Part shown: in pieces, positions 49,595-62,511 of the stretch | Numbering within the stretch: position 1 is the first letter of the stretch | Layout: every line of letters begins with the position of its first letter | Origin: Vitrella brassicaformis CCMP3155 | Taxonomy: Eukaryota > Protista > Chromerida | Direction: 5' to 3' | NCBI GenBank assembly: GCA_001179505.1 | Contig: CDMY01000553.1 | Span: 124,001-188,000, forward strand | Length of the DNA: 64,000 nucleotides | The notes under the pieces: generated by a model | The model's database searches: none | Seen by the model: only the letters and a program-made list of their open reading frames with translations | Told to the model about the DNA's origin: nothing | Program-made: the position numbers and the translations under genes

Positions 49595-50451
49595 TTAGCA
49601 GCAGTAGCAGTGGCTGAAGAGCAGCTCCATCACTGCGCGCTCCATCTGGGGGTACGATTTGGGCTTGCCCTTGTTGTAGCTGTCGTACCTGATCTGGTCG
49701 ATGATGTCATTCCTCCCCTCTTTGGAGCAGCTGTAGTACTTATGGTGCGGTCTAAGCTGAAGGCCGGTCTTTCCCTGGAACTTGTCCGCTTGACGAGATA
49801 TCGTGTTCGGATCAAGCATGCAATTTGTGCCGTACAGGGCCCGGGCGGGGCTCGTTGATCGGCAGTATTCTTGGCCTGCAGACCAGGTCGGGTGGTCCCC
49901 AAACGCACACCCTGCACCATTCAAAACAGCCCTTGTTCATAGCATGGTCAGTGTGCATGGATGCGGCTCACGTCGGTTCTTGTCGCACAAGGGTTGGTAG
50001 GTATCTAGACCTGAGCGGGGCGGCATCTCAGCAAATGATCCTGCACACACGATGTCATGTCACACACCTCCATAACAAAAACTCTCACGCTGTTTAATTG
50101 TCTCCTCAAACAATGCAGACTTACCAGGTGTTCCCGTCATGATGCCCTTGAGCTGCTGCCGTGCCTGTTCGAGATGGTCAAGGGCCCCACTGAGCAATAC
50201 ACCGTTCCGACCAATGGCGGCCAGGGAGGCGTTGATGCCGGCCTTTGCAGCCGTGAATGAGTGCTGCAGGAGCGAAAGGTCATCACTGCTGTCTGCACCA
50301 CACAGAACGAACAAAGAATAAGTGCATCAGAAGGCCAGCGTGGGTGCATGGATCAGGTCGGCGACTCACCCTGTGAGGCGCGGCTGCCGTCGAGGCATTC
50401 GGCAGCACTGCTGGTGCACACCAGCACGCAAAACGCGACCAGTGCACTCAT
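49595..50451 (-). CDS. Small predicted secreted Cys-containing protein (4 exons)
   Basis: MSALVAFCVLVCTSSAA signal-like start. Exon phases are consistent across three introns; last exon ..GCAFGDHPTW..YCRST..NCMLDP..YYSCSKEG..HCYCC*. Confidence 0.6.
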
Positions 50452-50538
50452 GTGGGCCGGCAACACCCTCTCTTATCGCGTTTCTCATCTGCAGCAGACC
50501 GCGAGCTTGAGCTCGCACAAAGGGAGCAGATCTCTCCT

Positions 50539-50578
50539 CTGCCATAAGCGGCATAGATCTGCCATAAGCGGCATAGAT
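50539..50578 (+). repeat. Perfect 20-bp tandem duplication (ctgccataagcggcatagat x2) in the spacer between two divergent genes
   Basis: Seen directly. Confidence 0.9.
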
Positions 50579-50619
50579 CCTGTATTCCATTTCTACCTGC
50601 AGCTGCGTCGTGAGTCACG

Positions 50620-53107
50620 ATGACGATGAATCAGCTCTACGGTAAGTACTTACGTGCGGGAACAAAACACACAAGGACTGACTGGTAGATGCTTCCTCTG
50701 CCGCCTCGCCTTGTTGTTCATTGAATGGTTTGGTCAGTTGGCAACTTCCCCTACGACGCGACAGAGGATGAGCTCAAGGAGGTCATGTCACGCGTAGGAC
50801 CCACCTCTAGCGTGAGAATCGTGTACGACAAGGAAACCCGCCACTCCAAGGGCTATGGATTCGTCGAATACCGTGATCCCGAGCTCTGCAAAGCCGCCCT
50901 CGACAACCTGCAGGGCGTCCACGTCAGAGGTAGGGGGACCATGTGAGCAAGGATGCCAACAGCTGGCTGGTTGTGCGGTCAGTCATCCTTGCTGCTTCTC
51001 GGTGTGCTGCCTGTCCTGTCCTGTCCTGTCCTGTCCTGTCCTGTCCTTCCCCTCTCTGTGTATATCAGGGCGGCCACTTCGGCTGGACTGGAAGAGCGAC
51101 GAGCAGCGGCGGACTCTGGGGCTGGGAGACAACCAGGACTCGCGAACGGCATCCAGACGTACGCACACATGACCACACACCCACGCATCCCCAAAATGAC
51201 TGACTGCATCTGTTTGTGTGTGTCAGGTCCAGGCCCATCTCCATCGCGTGTTGGTGGGGTGGACACAGCGGGTGGCAGGGGAGGGGGATGGGATGTCCAG
51301 GGCACCACAGCACCCGCAGCTGCACCGGGGCAATCGGTACGGGCGGCGCAACGGGCGAGGGGAGATGGGAAGCACAGCACTGGCATCGGCCAAGGGAGTG
51401 TGGGTGTGTGTGTCCGCGCGGGTGCGTTGTAGATCTACGATGAGGAGGGCTCGCTCGTCGGCGAAGTGGCCGAGGTGAGTAGAGAGATGGACAGACAAGT
51501 GGCTGACTTGACTGGCCCGCTTCTCCTCGCTCCATCCATCCATCCATCCATCCCCACTTGCTTGTCCGCCCTCCCCTGGCTGGCTGCAGATAATGCAGAA
51601 GATGTCCACTGCGCAGCTGTTCTACATCCTGGGACATATGCAGGTCGGTCTGTGTGCACACAATGAATGCACCACAGCCGGCACATCCACCGGTGGGGTC
51701 TGTTCTGTGTGTGCTGCAGAAGCTGGTCATCCAGGCGCCTGACGTTGCGAGGGCCCTGCTGCTGGGTAAGTAACCGGGGCACAAGAAATGCCGTCAGTCA
51801 GTGACATACATGGCCATTCGATTCCCTCCCGCCCGCCGGTGCTTGCCGTCCCTCCCTCCCTCAGACAACCCCCAGCTGTGCTATGCGCTCCTCCATGCCC
51901 AGTTCATCACGGGCATGATCGACGAAAAGTTCCTCGTAAGACAGACAAGACATGCTCACATGGCTTGTGCAGACAGAAATTGGGCCTTCTTTGTGCTTCT
52001 GTGGCGCATGCAGCCTCTGACAAAGGACCAGCTAGATCGCGCCCGTCAGGTGCAGGAACGAAAGAAGGTAACCAGCACACCAGGGACGGCACCTGACCGA
52101 CCCGACCCGGCGACAGCACATACACACCACGGGCTCTCTCCCTCTCTCTTCTCTTCGCCTTTGCTTTTGCCGTGCCGGCAGGCTGAGTTGGAGCAGGCAG
52201 GAGTGTTTGTGCCCGTCATGACCGCACCGGCAGCTGCCGCCGCCATGTGTAAGCAACGCAACGCAACGATGAGATGGGGGCCCAGGATGGATACGATCGA
52301 CACATCATGTCTGTCCATTCTGCCTGTCTGTGTCTGGGGGGCCTGTGCTGTGCCACATACATCTGTCTGCAGTGGGTGCTGCCAACCCGGCACAGCTGGT
52401 AAGTCCCTGCGGCATGGCCACTGGACCTCCCTCTTGCGTGATCGCTCTACCATACATACCTGTCGGTCGCTTCAGGCCCGTGACGTGGTTGCTGCCGCAG
52501 CGGCAGCAGCAGCCCCCCGTTATCGGTCGCCCCAGCCGGCCCCCGTCAGCGTGCCCGCCGGCCTGGGCGGCCTCCCCGCTGCTGCCGCTGCTGCTGCTGC
52601 TGGTGGTGCTGCCGCGGCACCAAGTGCTGCCACGACAGGTGGGGGGATTGACAGACAGACACAGACAGACGTGCTGTTGTATGTTGGCGTACATGGCCAT
52701 GGCCTGTACGGTTGGTGTGATTGTCCCTAATGGTGTTGTTGAAGGTGTTGGTGGGATCCCAGCCGCCTTGCAAGACTTCCCGGGCGGCATTACTGAAGTC
52801 CTCAACAAGTGAGCTGTGGCCGCTCCCCTCACTCATCCATCGGCCGACCGATGCATCTTTCTTATTCTTGGGTCGGTGATGGATGGTTGTATGTGGTTGT
52901 CACCCAGGTTGAAGAACCTCACGCCGCAGGAGCTGGAGTCGCTGAGCCCGGAGGACAGGAGCCGCCTGCTCAACCTCAGACAGGTACACACCACACCACA
53001 TCGAACCACACGAACACACACCAATGTCAGGCAGGGGGTCTGCAAAGCTGTTCGTTCGGTCTTGTGTGCTGTGTTGTGTGCAGCAACTCCTGGCTGGTGC
53101 GGGGTAG
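50620..53107 (+). CDS. CSTF2: Cleavage stimulation factor 64 kDa subunit (CstF-64/Rna15); multi-exon
   Basis: RRM VGNFPYDATEDELKEVMSRVGP..RIVYDKETRHSKGYGFVEYRD..GRPLRLDW; hinge IMQKMSTAQLFYILGHMQKL..ARALLL.DNPQLCYALLHAQ; C-terminal LKNLTPQELESLSPEDRSRLLNLRQQL. Confidence 0.92.
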
Positions 53108-53406
53108 CAAGGCAAGAGTGGAAGTCACGTCTGGCAGATAGATCAGAATGTATATAGGCATTCGTACGTCAGGCAGTCAAGTGAGCACGGCAAACGGCCC
53201 ATGCGAGTGCGGGGACGGTGGACGTGTGATAGGCGGATATCCTGACGTGGCCGTTAGCGTGTGCGCCTGCCACGTCCGTCGTCGCCGCATCCGCATGGGC
53301 CGTTTGCCGTGCAGAGTAGGACAAGTATGTGTCAATGTTTCTGGTTGGCGTTGCACGAAGGAAGCACCACAGTGACTCCACAGTGACTCTGAACTGACGA
53401 ACACAG

Positions 53407-55621
53407 ACACTTCTTGAACGCATTAAGCCGGCTGCTGGGGGCGGCCCCCATCTCGAGACTGAGACTGCAGTGGAACGGCCCGGATCTGTTTGAGCGCTGG
53501 TCGGCTTGTGCAGAAATGCGACCATCCTTGAGCTTCCCATTTGCCGGGTGCCGACTGCCTGAGGCGCCCCACACAGTTTTGCTCACCGATGCAGGTTCGT
53601 GGACGAACATGACACAAAGGGCAACGCACAGACGGTCCTTCATGTCATCGTTACTGCAGGTAACAACGCCATCTTGGTGTGCAGCAGAGACGACGGGACA
53701 TTGTCGTGCCTGCACGGCAAGCAGTGGAAGCAGCCCGCCGGTAGGTATGCAGTCCATGCGCATCAAGACCTACCGCTTTGCCGCTGTTGTGGTTGTGTGT
53801 GTGGATGCGATGCAGGCATTGCTGTCTTCTCCGACACTTCAGCAGTAGTTGCAGACAGGTATGCGTTGCACTGCACTGCACGTGGCCATCTGCACTTCCT
53901 ACTTTCTCTGTACCGACCGGTGTTCTGTCCGCCTGCATTGCAGCGGTCACCACCGCATCAAGATCTTGGAGATGGCGAGTGAAGGTCGTGCAACGGGTGT
54001 GAGGGTCCTGGCGGGCGCTGGGCATGCTGGCTATCGAGATGGGCCGGCAAGAGACGCATGGTTCCACACGCCCACTGGTATGGTGGGATGGAAACACCCA
54101 AGTGCACGTCACGTCGATGGGCGATGGCATGCAGTGCACTGCAATGCATGGATCCGATGCAGGTCTTTGTGTGGTAAAGGAGACGTCACGAGGTTGCTCT
54201 CGGAGGCCAGAAGCGACAGATGGACGAATGGTGCTGGGTGAGGCACACCACGCGCCACCCCAGCCGGCGAATAGCAGTGCAGTCAGTCCGTTGTGTGGTG
54301 TGTCTCATCTGTCCTATACACAGTCGCCGACAGTGGCAACTCATGCATTCGCTACATCAAGCGAGGCATCGACGGCCAATGGACAGTCGGCACCCTGGCA
54401 GGCAGCACCGTGCCAGGCAGCATCGGCGGCCTCGCCACCCACTGCAGATTCGGCGCCCCATCGCACATCCTTCCTCTCCGGCTGCCCCCCGCCACACCCC
54501 TGCCAACTACCGACCCACTCACCACCCTGCCCGACGACATGACTCTCCTGGTCCTCGACAATCCCCCGCTGACGACGAGAGAAGGGGAAGATGTGACGCG
54601 AGATGAGTTTGGGTGTCTGCGGTTTGTGTATCGCGCCAAGAACGGGTTGATGAGGTGCAGGGGTGTGGGGGGGGAGTGGGCGGAGGGGGAGAGCGGGGCG
54701 GCCCGATTGAGGAGGCCCATGTCTGCGGCGTGGACGAGGTCAGGATAAACTGAGGAATGGATGGACGGATGCTTGACGCCACGTATGTTGTGAGCATGTG
54801 TCGTCGCGTCTCGTCGTTTCCTTCAGTGATGGCCGTGTCCTGATCTGCGACGGGTCATCGACCCATGCCAAAATATGGTCAGTCACCGGACCTGCCTGCC
54901 TGCCTTGCGGCATGGCATCTGCGTTGCCCATTTCCTGCAGGCAGCTTGACCTGGGAAGCCGGCGGGCCTCCCCTCTGCACATCTTCATCCACCACCACTC
55001 CCAGCCAGAAGTCACGACACCGGCCGACACGGACACCCATATGTCGCCAAGAGACATGTTCCATCACGGCTTTCTGCCATTGTCTCTGGTGCCATGCTTC
55101 GCCCCGCCCCCGGCCCCCCTCCCCCCCAAGCGCAGCATTGAGGCGCGAGACAGCAGTGAGACCGAGGATGAATATCTGCTGACTGGGGTAATGGTGAGAC
55201 ATGGGTCTGCAGAGAAGGCGGCCAGTGATTTCCACCCGCTGAGGTGTTTGGGTGCTATGGGTGGAGGTGGAGGTGGCGGAGACACGCAGGGATGGTTGTG
55301 GAAGCTGTCTGTCGGTGAGTTTGAGGGTGGGTGGGAGGGAGACTTGTCATGTCTGCTTTGTCTGCAGGCAGGCGTGATGAGCCGGCGAGAGCCTCCCTTA
55401 TTCATCCTGGCTCCCTGCCGGCCCCTCAGCCCCTATCTGCTGCAAAAAACAGCGACGCCATGACACACCCTAAGCCCCCTCCCGCCCCTGTGGGTCTGCC
55501 CCCGCCACCACCCCTGGTTGTAGAGGACAGAGGGAGGGGTGAGAGGTGTGCTTCCGTGAGTTTGATGGACTACCTGAAACAGAGAAGGGCTGCCGAGCGG
55601 AGGAGGGCAACACATGTGTGA
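53407..55621 (+). CDS. NHL-repeat (beta-propeller) containing protein; start and end uncertain
   Basis: NHL-type blades VLLTDAGNNAILV, VVADSGHHRIKIL..VRVLAGAGHAGYRDGPARDAWFHTPTG and VADSGNSCIRYI..VGTLAG..CRFGAP. Confidence 0.65.
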
Positions 55622-55754
55622 CGGTCTTTCCAGGGGGCGAGAGAAGAGACACTATGGCAGATGCCCTTAAGCTAGCTGAGTCCACCGTGGTTCAGAATAT
55701 GTCGGTCTGTCTACCTAAGATTCGTCTCAGGCCATGATGATATTGGTCCGTACT

Positions 55755-57203
55755 AGCACTAGATGTCTCCTCGCCCCGCCCCCCGCAGCGATCAATCCAT
55801 TCACCCACCCACATCGTTTGGCCTGACTGGTCTCCCTCCCACATCCCTGGACAAGATCAGAGCTAAGTTCGGTGGACGAGCTGCTCTAGAGTCAACTAAC
55901 CCGCACAGACGCACGGACCGACTGCTACCGAGCACCCCCAACAATCGCACACACACTTTTTGATGAACACACTTTGATGAAAACAAGGGGAACACTTTGA
56001 TGAAAACTACTTTGAAGAAAGACCAAGACACATAGGAGTAGACAGGCAAAATGACATACGGAAGGAATCACAGCAGCGTCGAGTGCAGACACACACACAC
56101 ACACACACAGACAGAGAGAGCGAGAGAGAGAGAGAGAGAGAGAGGGGCGGGGGGGAAGACACGTCTCGTCCGGGGTATGCAGTCAGCAGTGCTCGCACGT
56201 CGAACCGTCACCGCACAGAGGTCGACGTCTGTCTCTGTCCCTAAGACTTGCCCGCCCTCTCGTCGGCCTAACTCTTCTGCATTGCCGTAAGAACGCACTC
56301 TCCGCGACCCCTGCCGGACAGGTGACCTCCCGGTCCTTTTGCCTTCACCTCGGCACACACCTTCGTGACTTTCTCGAAGGTCATTGGCTCCGTCAGTCCG
56401 GGAATCTGCACACACACACACACAGACACACAAACACACACAAACACGCACACACAGATTGGCCAAGATGCGTCGCTTCAGGTGTGAAGAGTGTTGCTTA
56501 CGGTGACTTCTATGATCTCCTTGACGTCGAGGTCTGCCCGACGGTAGCAGCAGGGCTTCCTGGATCCTCTGCAGTGAGCCTCCCCCAGGTTGACTGTGAG
56601 CATATCAAGGACCTGACCCTCATCAGCCTCGATGCAGAAGACCTTGCTGCACGAATGGCGCTTGCCGTCCGCTCCGGTGGGCTTGGTGGTGCAGTCTAAG
56701 TCCTCCTTCTTGGACGACACGGCCAGCTGTCGAACCTGCACACACACACACACACGCAGAAACAGCGTGACACAAGTGCCCGGTGGTACACAGTTCGGCA
56801 ATCAGTAATTGATCCCTACTGGAGCAGTGGCAGCGTTGTCGTGGTCGTCCTGGATGTGGCGGAGGGAGGGGGAACGCTCCACGCCGGGTGCAGCGCCGAC
56901 CAGCACGAGGGCACCGACAAGGCACACGAGAAGCTTCATTGCGAGCACAAACGCGATGGCCGAACCAACACACGAAAGAGCGAACGGTGAAAGAAGCAAG
57001 CGTGGGATGGGATCGATGCGTTTCCGCCCGCGATATCTCTTCCCCCCATGCATCCCTCTCCTCGATCTCCAGGTTTACGAATCATACAGCGGTTTTACGG
57101 GGGAAGGACGATGCCCTAGGCCGATTGATGAGAGAGGTCTGATCAACTCGCGGTGCAGTGATATTCAGCAGCACTAGATGTCTCCTCGCCCGCCCCCCGC
57201 AGC
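55755..57203 (+). repeat. Pair of roughly 35-bp direct repeats (55755-55789 and 57170-57203) bracketing a small gene
   Basis: agcactagatgtctcctcgccc(c)gccccccgcagc at both positions, differing by one C. Confidence 0.9.
56268..56939 (-). CDS. Small predicted secreted protein with 8 Cys (3 exons)
   Basis: MKLLVCLVGALVLVGAAP signal; two phase-0 GT-AG introns; mature part LDCTTKP..SCSKVFC..HCRGSRKPCCY..KVCAEVKAKGPGGHLSGRGRGECVLTAMQKS*. Confidence 0.72.
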
Positions 57204-60200
57204 AGTCAACACACGTGCCCACACTGCAAGGATGAATAGAGCCAGCCACATAGCCAGACGCGCAGACACGGCCATCAATCACCACGAGTCAGTCAGTCGC
57301 CTCTGAAAGGCGGCGCACAGTCGTCGGTCGGGCGGTCGAATTGGGTGAGCCCGCGTGCTGCCGGCTGTCCGTCAACACAACTGACACACATGATACCACA
57401 TGCAGGCCCTCACTGACTGACTGACTGACTGACTGTTGGCCTCTTCTCCTCCGGACACACACACACACTGAAAAAGAATCAGCAGGGGGCAGGCAAATCG
57501 AGGAGCGAATAAGGCCGTCCGTCTACACACCCACCAAATGCCATCACAGCCATGCACACATGCACACAGACAGACAGACACAGATAGCGTTACGGTAAGT
57601 ACGGTCCAGCAAGATGTAAGATGCTCGATGTGCGGGCGTGTGAGAGGGGGGGGAGGGGGGTCATGTCAATAGACACTCAGAAGGAGAATCAGTCAGTCAG
57701 TCAGTCGGCAGGCATCTCCCGAGGCTCGCCTTCTCCCCGTTTCTCAACAACACATAAACAGCTAGCTAGTGACCAAGGGAGGGAGGGCGAGAGGCATGCA
57801 AGGTGGCAAGTGCAAGATGGTGCTCCACAGCCGACTTGCCAGCCAATCATGGAAAAATCGTCATGTATTACTGTTCACCGTTTCCCCTGTGTTCTGTCTG
57901 TGCCGTACGCGTTAGTGTGGATCTCTTCCTCAGGAGGCGCCTTTCTCACCCACCCACACCTCCACCATCGACTACCCTGACCGTGACGCAGGATCGTCGA
58001 ACGTGACGGTGCTGGCGGGGCAGGACAGTGTCTCCCACTGGTGGCGAGATCCACAAGAGATGCACATCGAGGTCCCTCGTTCCGTGTAAATCGACCTCGC
58101 AGCTCGCTCTCTCTCTCTCTCTGTTGGTTCTCTCCAAAAACATCCCCACGCCCACATTGACCAGCCAGACAGGACCAGATGAGGGTCGGGACAGACACAC
58201 TGCCATTGGAATGCGTCTGTCCCCTCATCGGCCTCCTATTCCGTCTGGCTTGCCCCCATCATACGCACCACACACGCAAAGCCAAAAACTCGTCACCTCA
58301 GGAAAGGATAGAATAGCAAGGAGGGAGGAAGGCCGGTAGGTCACTCGCCCATTCATTTCTTACGCTTTTGACATATAGATCGATCAACTTGTACACTGCC
58401 TGCCTGCCTCCCTGCCTGCCTGCCTGCCTGTCGTTCACTGATTGGTCCCTTAAGGTACACCATCCATGCATCCATCCATCGATCCATCCATCCACCCAAG
58501 TGCCCACATACTTGACGTACATGTGTTTGTCTCTCTCTGTCTGTCTGTCTTGCTGCGAGTGAGCCAGCCAGTCTTATTGATTCGTTCCTCTCTTGGTTGA
58601 TGAGATGAGGCGACGCGAGGCGAGGCGGTACTCGCTCGCTCGCCTTCCATGCAGACAGACAGACACGCACCCCATCCATCGGCAGGCCAAAACTTGTGTT
58701 CATTTATTCGACGCTCATGGCTGGCTCACACCATAGACACATGTCTTCATCCATGACTCCCACGTCCACATCCACACCACACAAACCAGTCAGTCGATCA
58801 GTCAGTCAGTCAGTCGGTCAGGCAGGCAGGGTATGCAAAAACGAAACGAGGTGACAGACAGTCGATGCATGCAGACAGGGTTTCGGAAAAATGGTCCGTC
58901 CATGGTGTGACGTGTCTGCGTGCACAGGAGTGCAGCCGAGTGAGGTGAGTGATGTGGCGTGAATGGATGGCATGGCGTACGCACATCACGTTCACACGTT
59001 CACATTCACGAAGAGCGATTGCGGGCAGCCATTACAGCTGTTACTCCTAGTACTCCTTGTCTGTCTGTCCGTCAGTGACTGTCCGTCAGTCCCTGTCTGT
59101 CAGGCAGAGAAAGAGAGAGAGAGAGAGGGGAACAGGCAGGCAGGAGTGAGTGCGCGACAGGTGAAGGAAGGATAAGGACCCGCCGCGAATTAACCAAGTC
59201 AGTAGTAAGTGGACAAACAGCCCCCTCCCTCCCCGTTCCGCCCCTCCTACCCTCTCTAAAACACCCCCCCGCCCCCCCCACATACACACACACATTGGAT
59301 GCACACACAGCGCAGAAGGGTGTGAACTTCAATCTGAAGTTCGTTCATGGCACGCAGGCACCCACCCTTGTGCTTACACACAACACACCACTGGCTGGCT
59401 CCATGCATCACGGCAGGCAGCCAGGCAGCCAGTCAGTCAGGCATGGAGCATGCAGGCGCCCTTTGGGCTAGACGGGAACCACTCTCTCTCACGCACACCA
59501 ACACGCACACGCACGATCCGGCCCTCCTCTCTCTCTGCCCTCACTCCCCTGCCCTCTTCCCCTCCCTCCCCTCTCCCTGTACACGGACGGACGGGCAAAT
59601 CCAGCGCGCACACACACGCGCGTGCATTGGATTGCAAGCGAGGGCGGCCAAGGGCCACCCCCACCTCTTGCACTGCAGCCGGCATGTCATGTCCCTTCGT
59701 GTGCCTCCGCCCCGCCCGACACACCGGTGCGCGCAAAAACAGGCACGCACCGCACCGCACCAACGACCCTTCTTCTGAATATGTGTCTGTCTCGTCTCTC
59801 GCTCATCCATCCATCCATCCAGTCATTCAGTCAGTCCGTCACGTCACGAAGAAACTGCTGGCGAGGTGAGGGAAACAGGAGGGGAGAGGGGGGAGCCAAT
59901 CCAATGGAGAGAGAGATAAAAAGAAGGAAGCTAGGCTAAGAACTGCACTGATGGATATATGCGATACGGAGATGGATGGGTAGCATAGCAAGGCAAAGCA
60001 AGTGGGTAGGATACACACACAGGCACCGCACATGGTACACACACAGACAGACAGACACATACGTCACACACGGCACGCACGAGTAAGCAAGCAAGCAAGC
60101 AAGGCAATCATGTCATGTCAACACAAAACTTCGTTCGTAACAACTGCGACATTACATTCCCTCCTCCCCTTGTCCCTCCATCCCTCCCCTCCCCGCCCCA

Positions 60201-60219
60201 CCATCCATAGGATCAATCA

Positions 60220-60790
60220 TCAAGCGGCCTGGCAGCACGATGTCTGCTGCACGGGCAGGATGCGCATGTGCCGACTACTCTGCACACACACAACACAAGG
60301 CGATGGCCAGTGTGTGTGTGGTTGTGTGTGTGTGTGTGTGTGTCTGAGCTGTGTGTCTGGTATGGTAACCCACCCACCCTGTCGACGGTGCAGACGTCTG
60401 TGAGTGGTGGGCTGCTGATGAGGTCGATCAGCTTGGTGCAGTGGAACACCGTCTGACACAGCTCACGGTTGAACCTAGTAACACACACACAAACACATAG
60501 CAACACCGCCCGCCACCACAAGTGCGTCCACATTCCATTCATTCCGCCTTGTGTGCGCTCGCCCGCCCGCCCGGTCGGTGGGTCGCTCACTTGGCTTTGA
60601 TTTTCCTCTTGAGAGTGGAGAGGTTGAAGCCGTTGGGGTAGAGCACCAGCAGAGTGGCGAGGTAGCGCTTCAGCTCCTCCAGATCGGTGATGCAGTCCTT
60701 GCCGGCACGCTTCTGATCAGGGATACCCTGCCATGGCCACACACACAACAAACACAAGCCACAAACCGTCTCTCTCTCTCTCTCTCCCTC

Positions 60791-60827
<37 letters not shown>

Positions 60828-62190
60828 ACCAGGTTGGCGTAGCAGACGTTGGAACATGAGGCGACAGGTTTGAGGACGTTGTCCTCGTATGCCAGCAGCC
60901 GCCGCCTCGAGATCGCCAGCTGCACCAGGTGGCAATACTCACCCAAACTCATACCCCTGACAGACACGAACAAACAGACAGACCAAACACCACATCCAAA
61001 CCAACACACATGCAGTGAGATCAGATTATTGTGGCCCTCTTGTGTGTCTGTCTGTCGTTACTTGAAGAAGGGCAGCTCCATCTTGCGCAAACTCTGAGCC
61101 ATCCCATACCTGACAACACAGCACAGCCACCCACACCAACACAGAGAGAAGAGCAGCCCTCACCATCAGTCCTTCCGCTAGAGGGCTCTCGTGTGGTGTG
61201 CATTGTGAGAGCTGTGTGATCTCACCGTCCGCCGACGAAGGAGTAGGCGACGGAGTCTCCACTGGTGAGTCGCTCTCGCAGCCACTGGGCGAATTCGGTC
61301 CACATGGCCTCGGCGTACTCGTCCTCCTCACTGTTCGGATCAACCCATCCCCGGAACCAAACGGGGGTCTCCTTCAGCAACACAGCCTGACCACACACAC
61401 ACACGGATGGATGGATGGATGAACCTTCTGTGTGTGTGAGAGAGTGTCCCCCGGGCCTCACCTCTTCGTCCTGTCCTGCGGGTGTGAGTACGACATAGAT
61501 GTCGGGGAACATGCGGTAGACGGTCATGAACTGGGCCTTGACGAAGGCCGAGGCGCTGAGCTCGTGCAGCCGGCCCTTCAGATTGAAGTACACCGGCACG
61601 ATCCGATCTCGGTACAGCGACACTATCGCCTCGTGCAGTGTCGACAGGTCGTCGTTCCGCAGCTGGAACACAGGCACCACCACCGACGGGGACCCGCTCT
61701 CACGGCTGCTGGTGCTCCCGGACGCCCCGCTATGAGTCGAGCCGCCCCTGTTGGCCGACCCATTGGGACTCGAGAACCGCCCTCGGCTCTTCCTCGGTGA
61801 CACTGGGGGAGGGGGAGGCTGGGGGTACACGCCGCCATACGACAGGTGCCTCACCAGAGGGGGTGCAGGGGGGGCGGGGGGCACCAGCTGCCGCTGCGTG
61901 GTCGCATCGTGGTATGACGGCCTCAGCGTGTCGGGCGAGCACATGGTCATAGTCCTCGGACGATGGACGTGGTGATGGGACTCGGAATAGGCCCGAACGA
62001 GAGGCGGTGATGGCTCGGGGAGGATGCCACACTCGTGAGGCCTGCCATCAGGGCAAATCTCACTGGGGTGAGGCGGAGGGGGTGGCGGCTGCGACGGTGG
62101 ACAGGGCGGCTGGTTGTTGGACGCATAGACTCGCACGGACAGCGAGGGAGCCATCACGGCAGCCGGGGGAGATGGGGAAGGATGCGGCAT
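60220..62190 (-). CDS. OHA (OST-HTH associated) + OST-HTH/LOTUS domain protein with a Pro-rich N-terminus; multi-exon
   Basis: LHEAIVSLYRDRIVP, GWVDPNSEEDEY, FVGGRYGMAQSLR..MSLGEYCHLVQLAISRRRLLAY (OHA-like); LLVLYPNGFNLSTLKRKIK..RFNRELCQTVFHCTKLIDLI (OST-HTH-like). Confidence 0.8.
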
Positions 62191-62511
62191 CGAATTCGAT
62201 TCGTCGTTGGACAACTACACCTTTGTCAAGTCGACTCCTCAGCGCGTCAGGCATGCCCACGGCTCCGCCTCCACGTACCGCGGGTACTTCCGTGGATAGG
62301 CACCGAAATAGCCGATCGACGCAAAGGCCATCAAGACCATAGTGGACGGCACAGGATGAGGGCAGGCATCTTGAGAACAGTCTAGTACAGCGAAGACAGC
62401 CAAAAGAGGACAGATCTGCAGGCGATGATCTCGCCTAAGTGGGGTAGAGCAGGGATTGCGTTAAACACGAGACTGAGGGGCTAAGCTTGCAGACGCCGAT
62501 GAGTTGAGGCG

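Noticed and set aside
14799-53107. CLP1 and CSTF2 (both 3'-end processing factors) in one window as a functional cluster
   Set aside because: They are about 33 kb apart with many unrelated genes between; chance is sufficient.
55955-56021. Short repeats as a CRISPR array or C/D snoRNA
   Set aside because: Units are too short and irregular, there are no spacers or cas genes, the DNA is eukaryotic, and no D box or terminal stem was seen.
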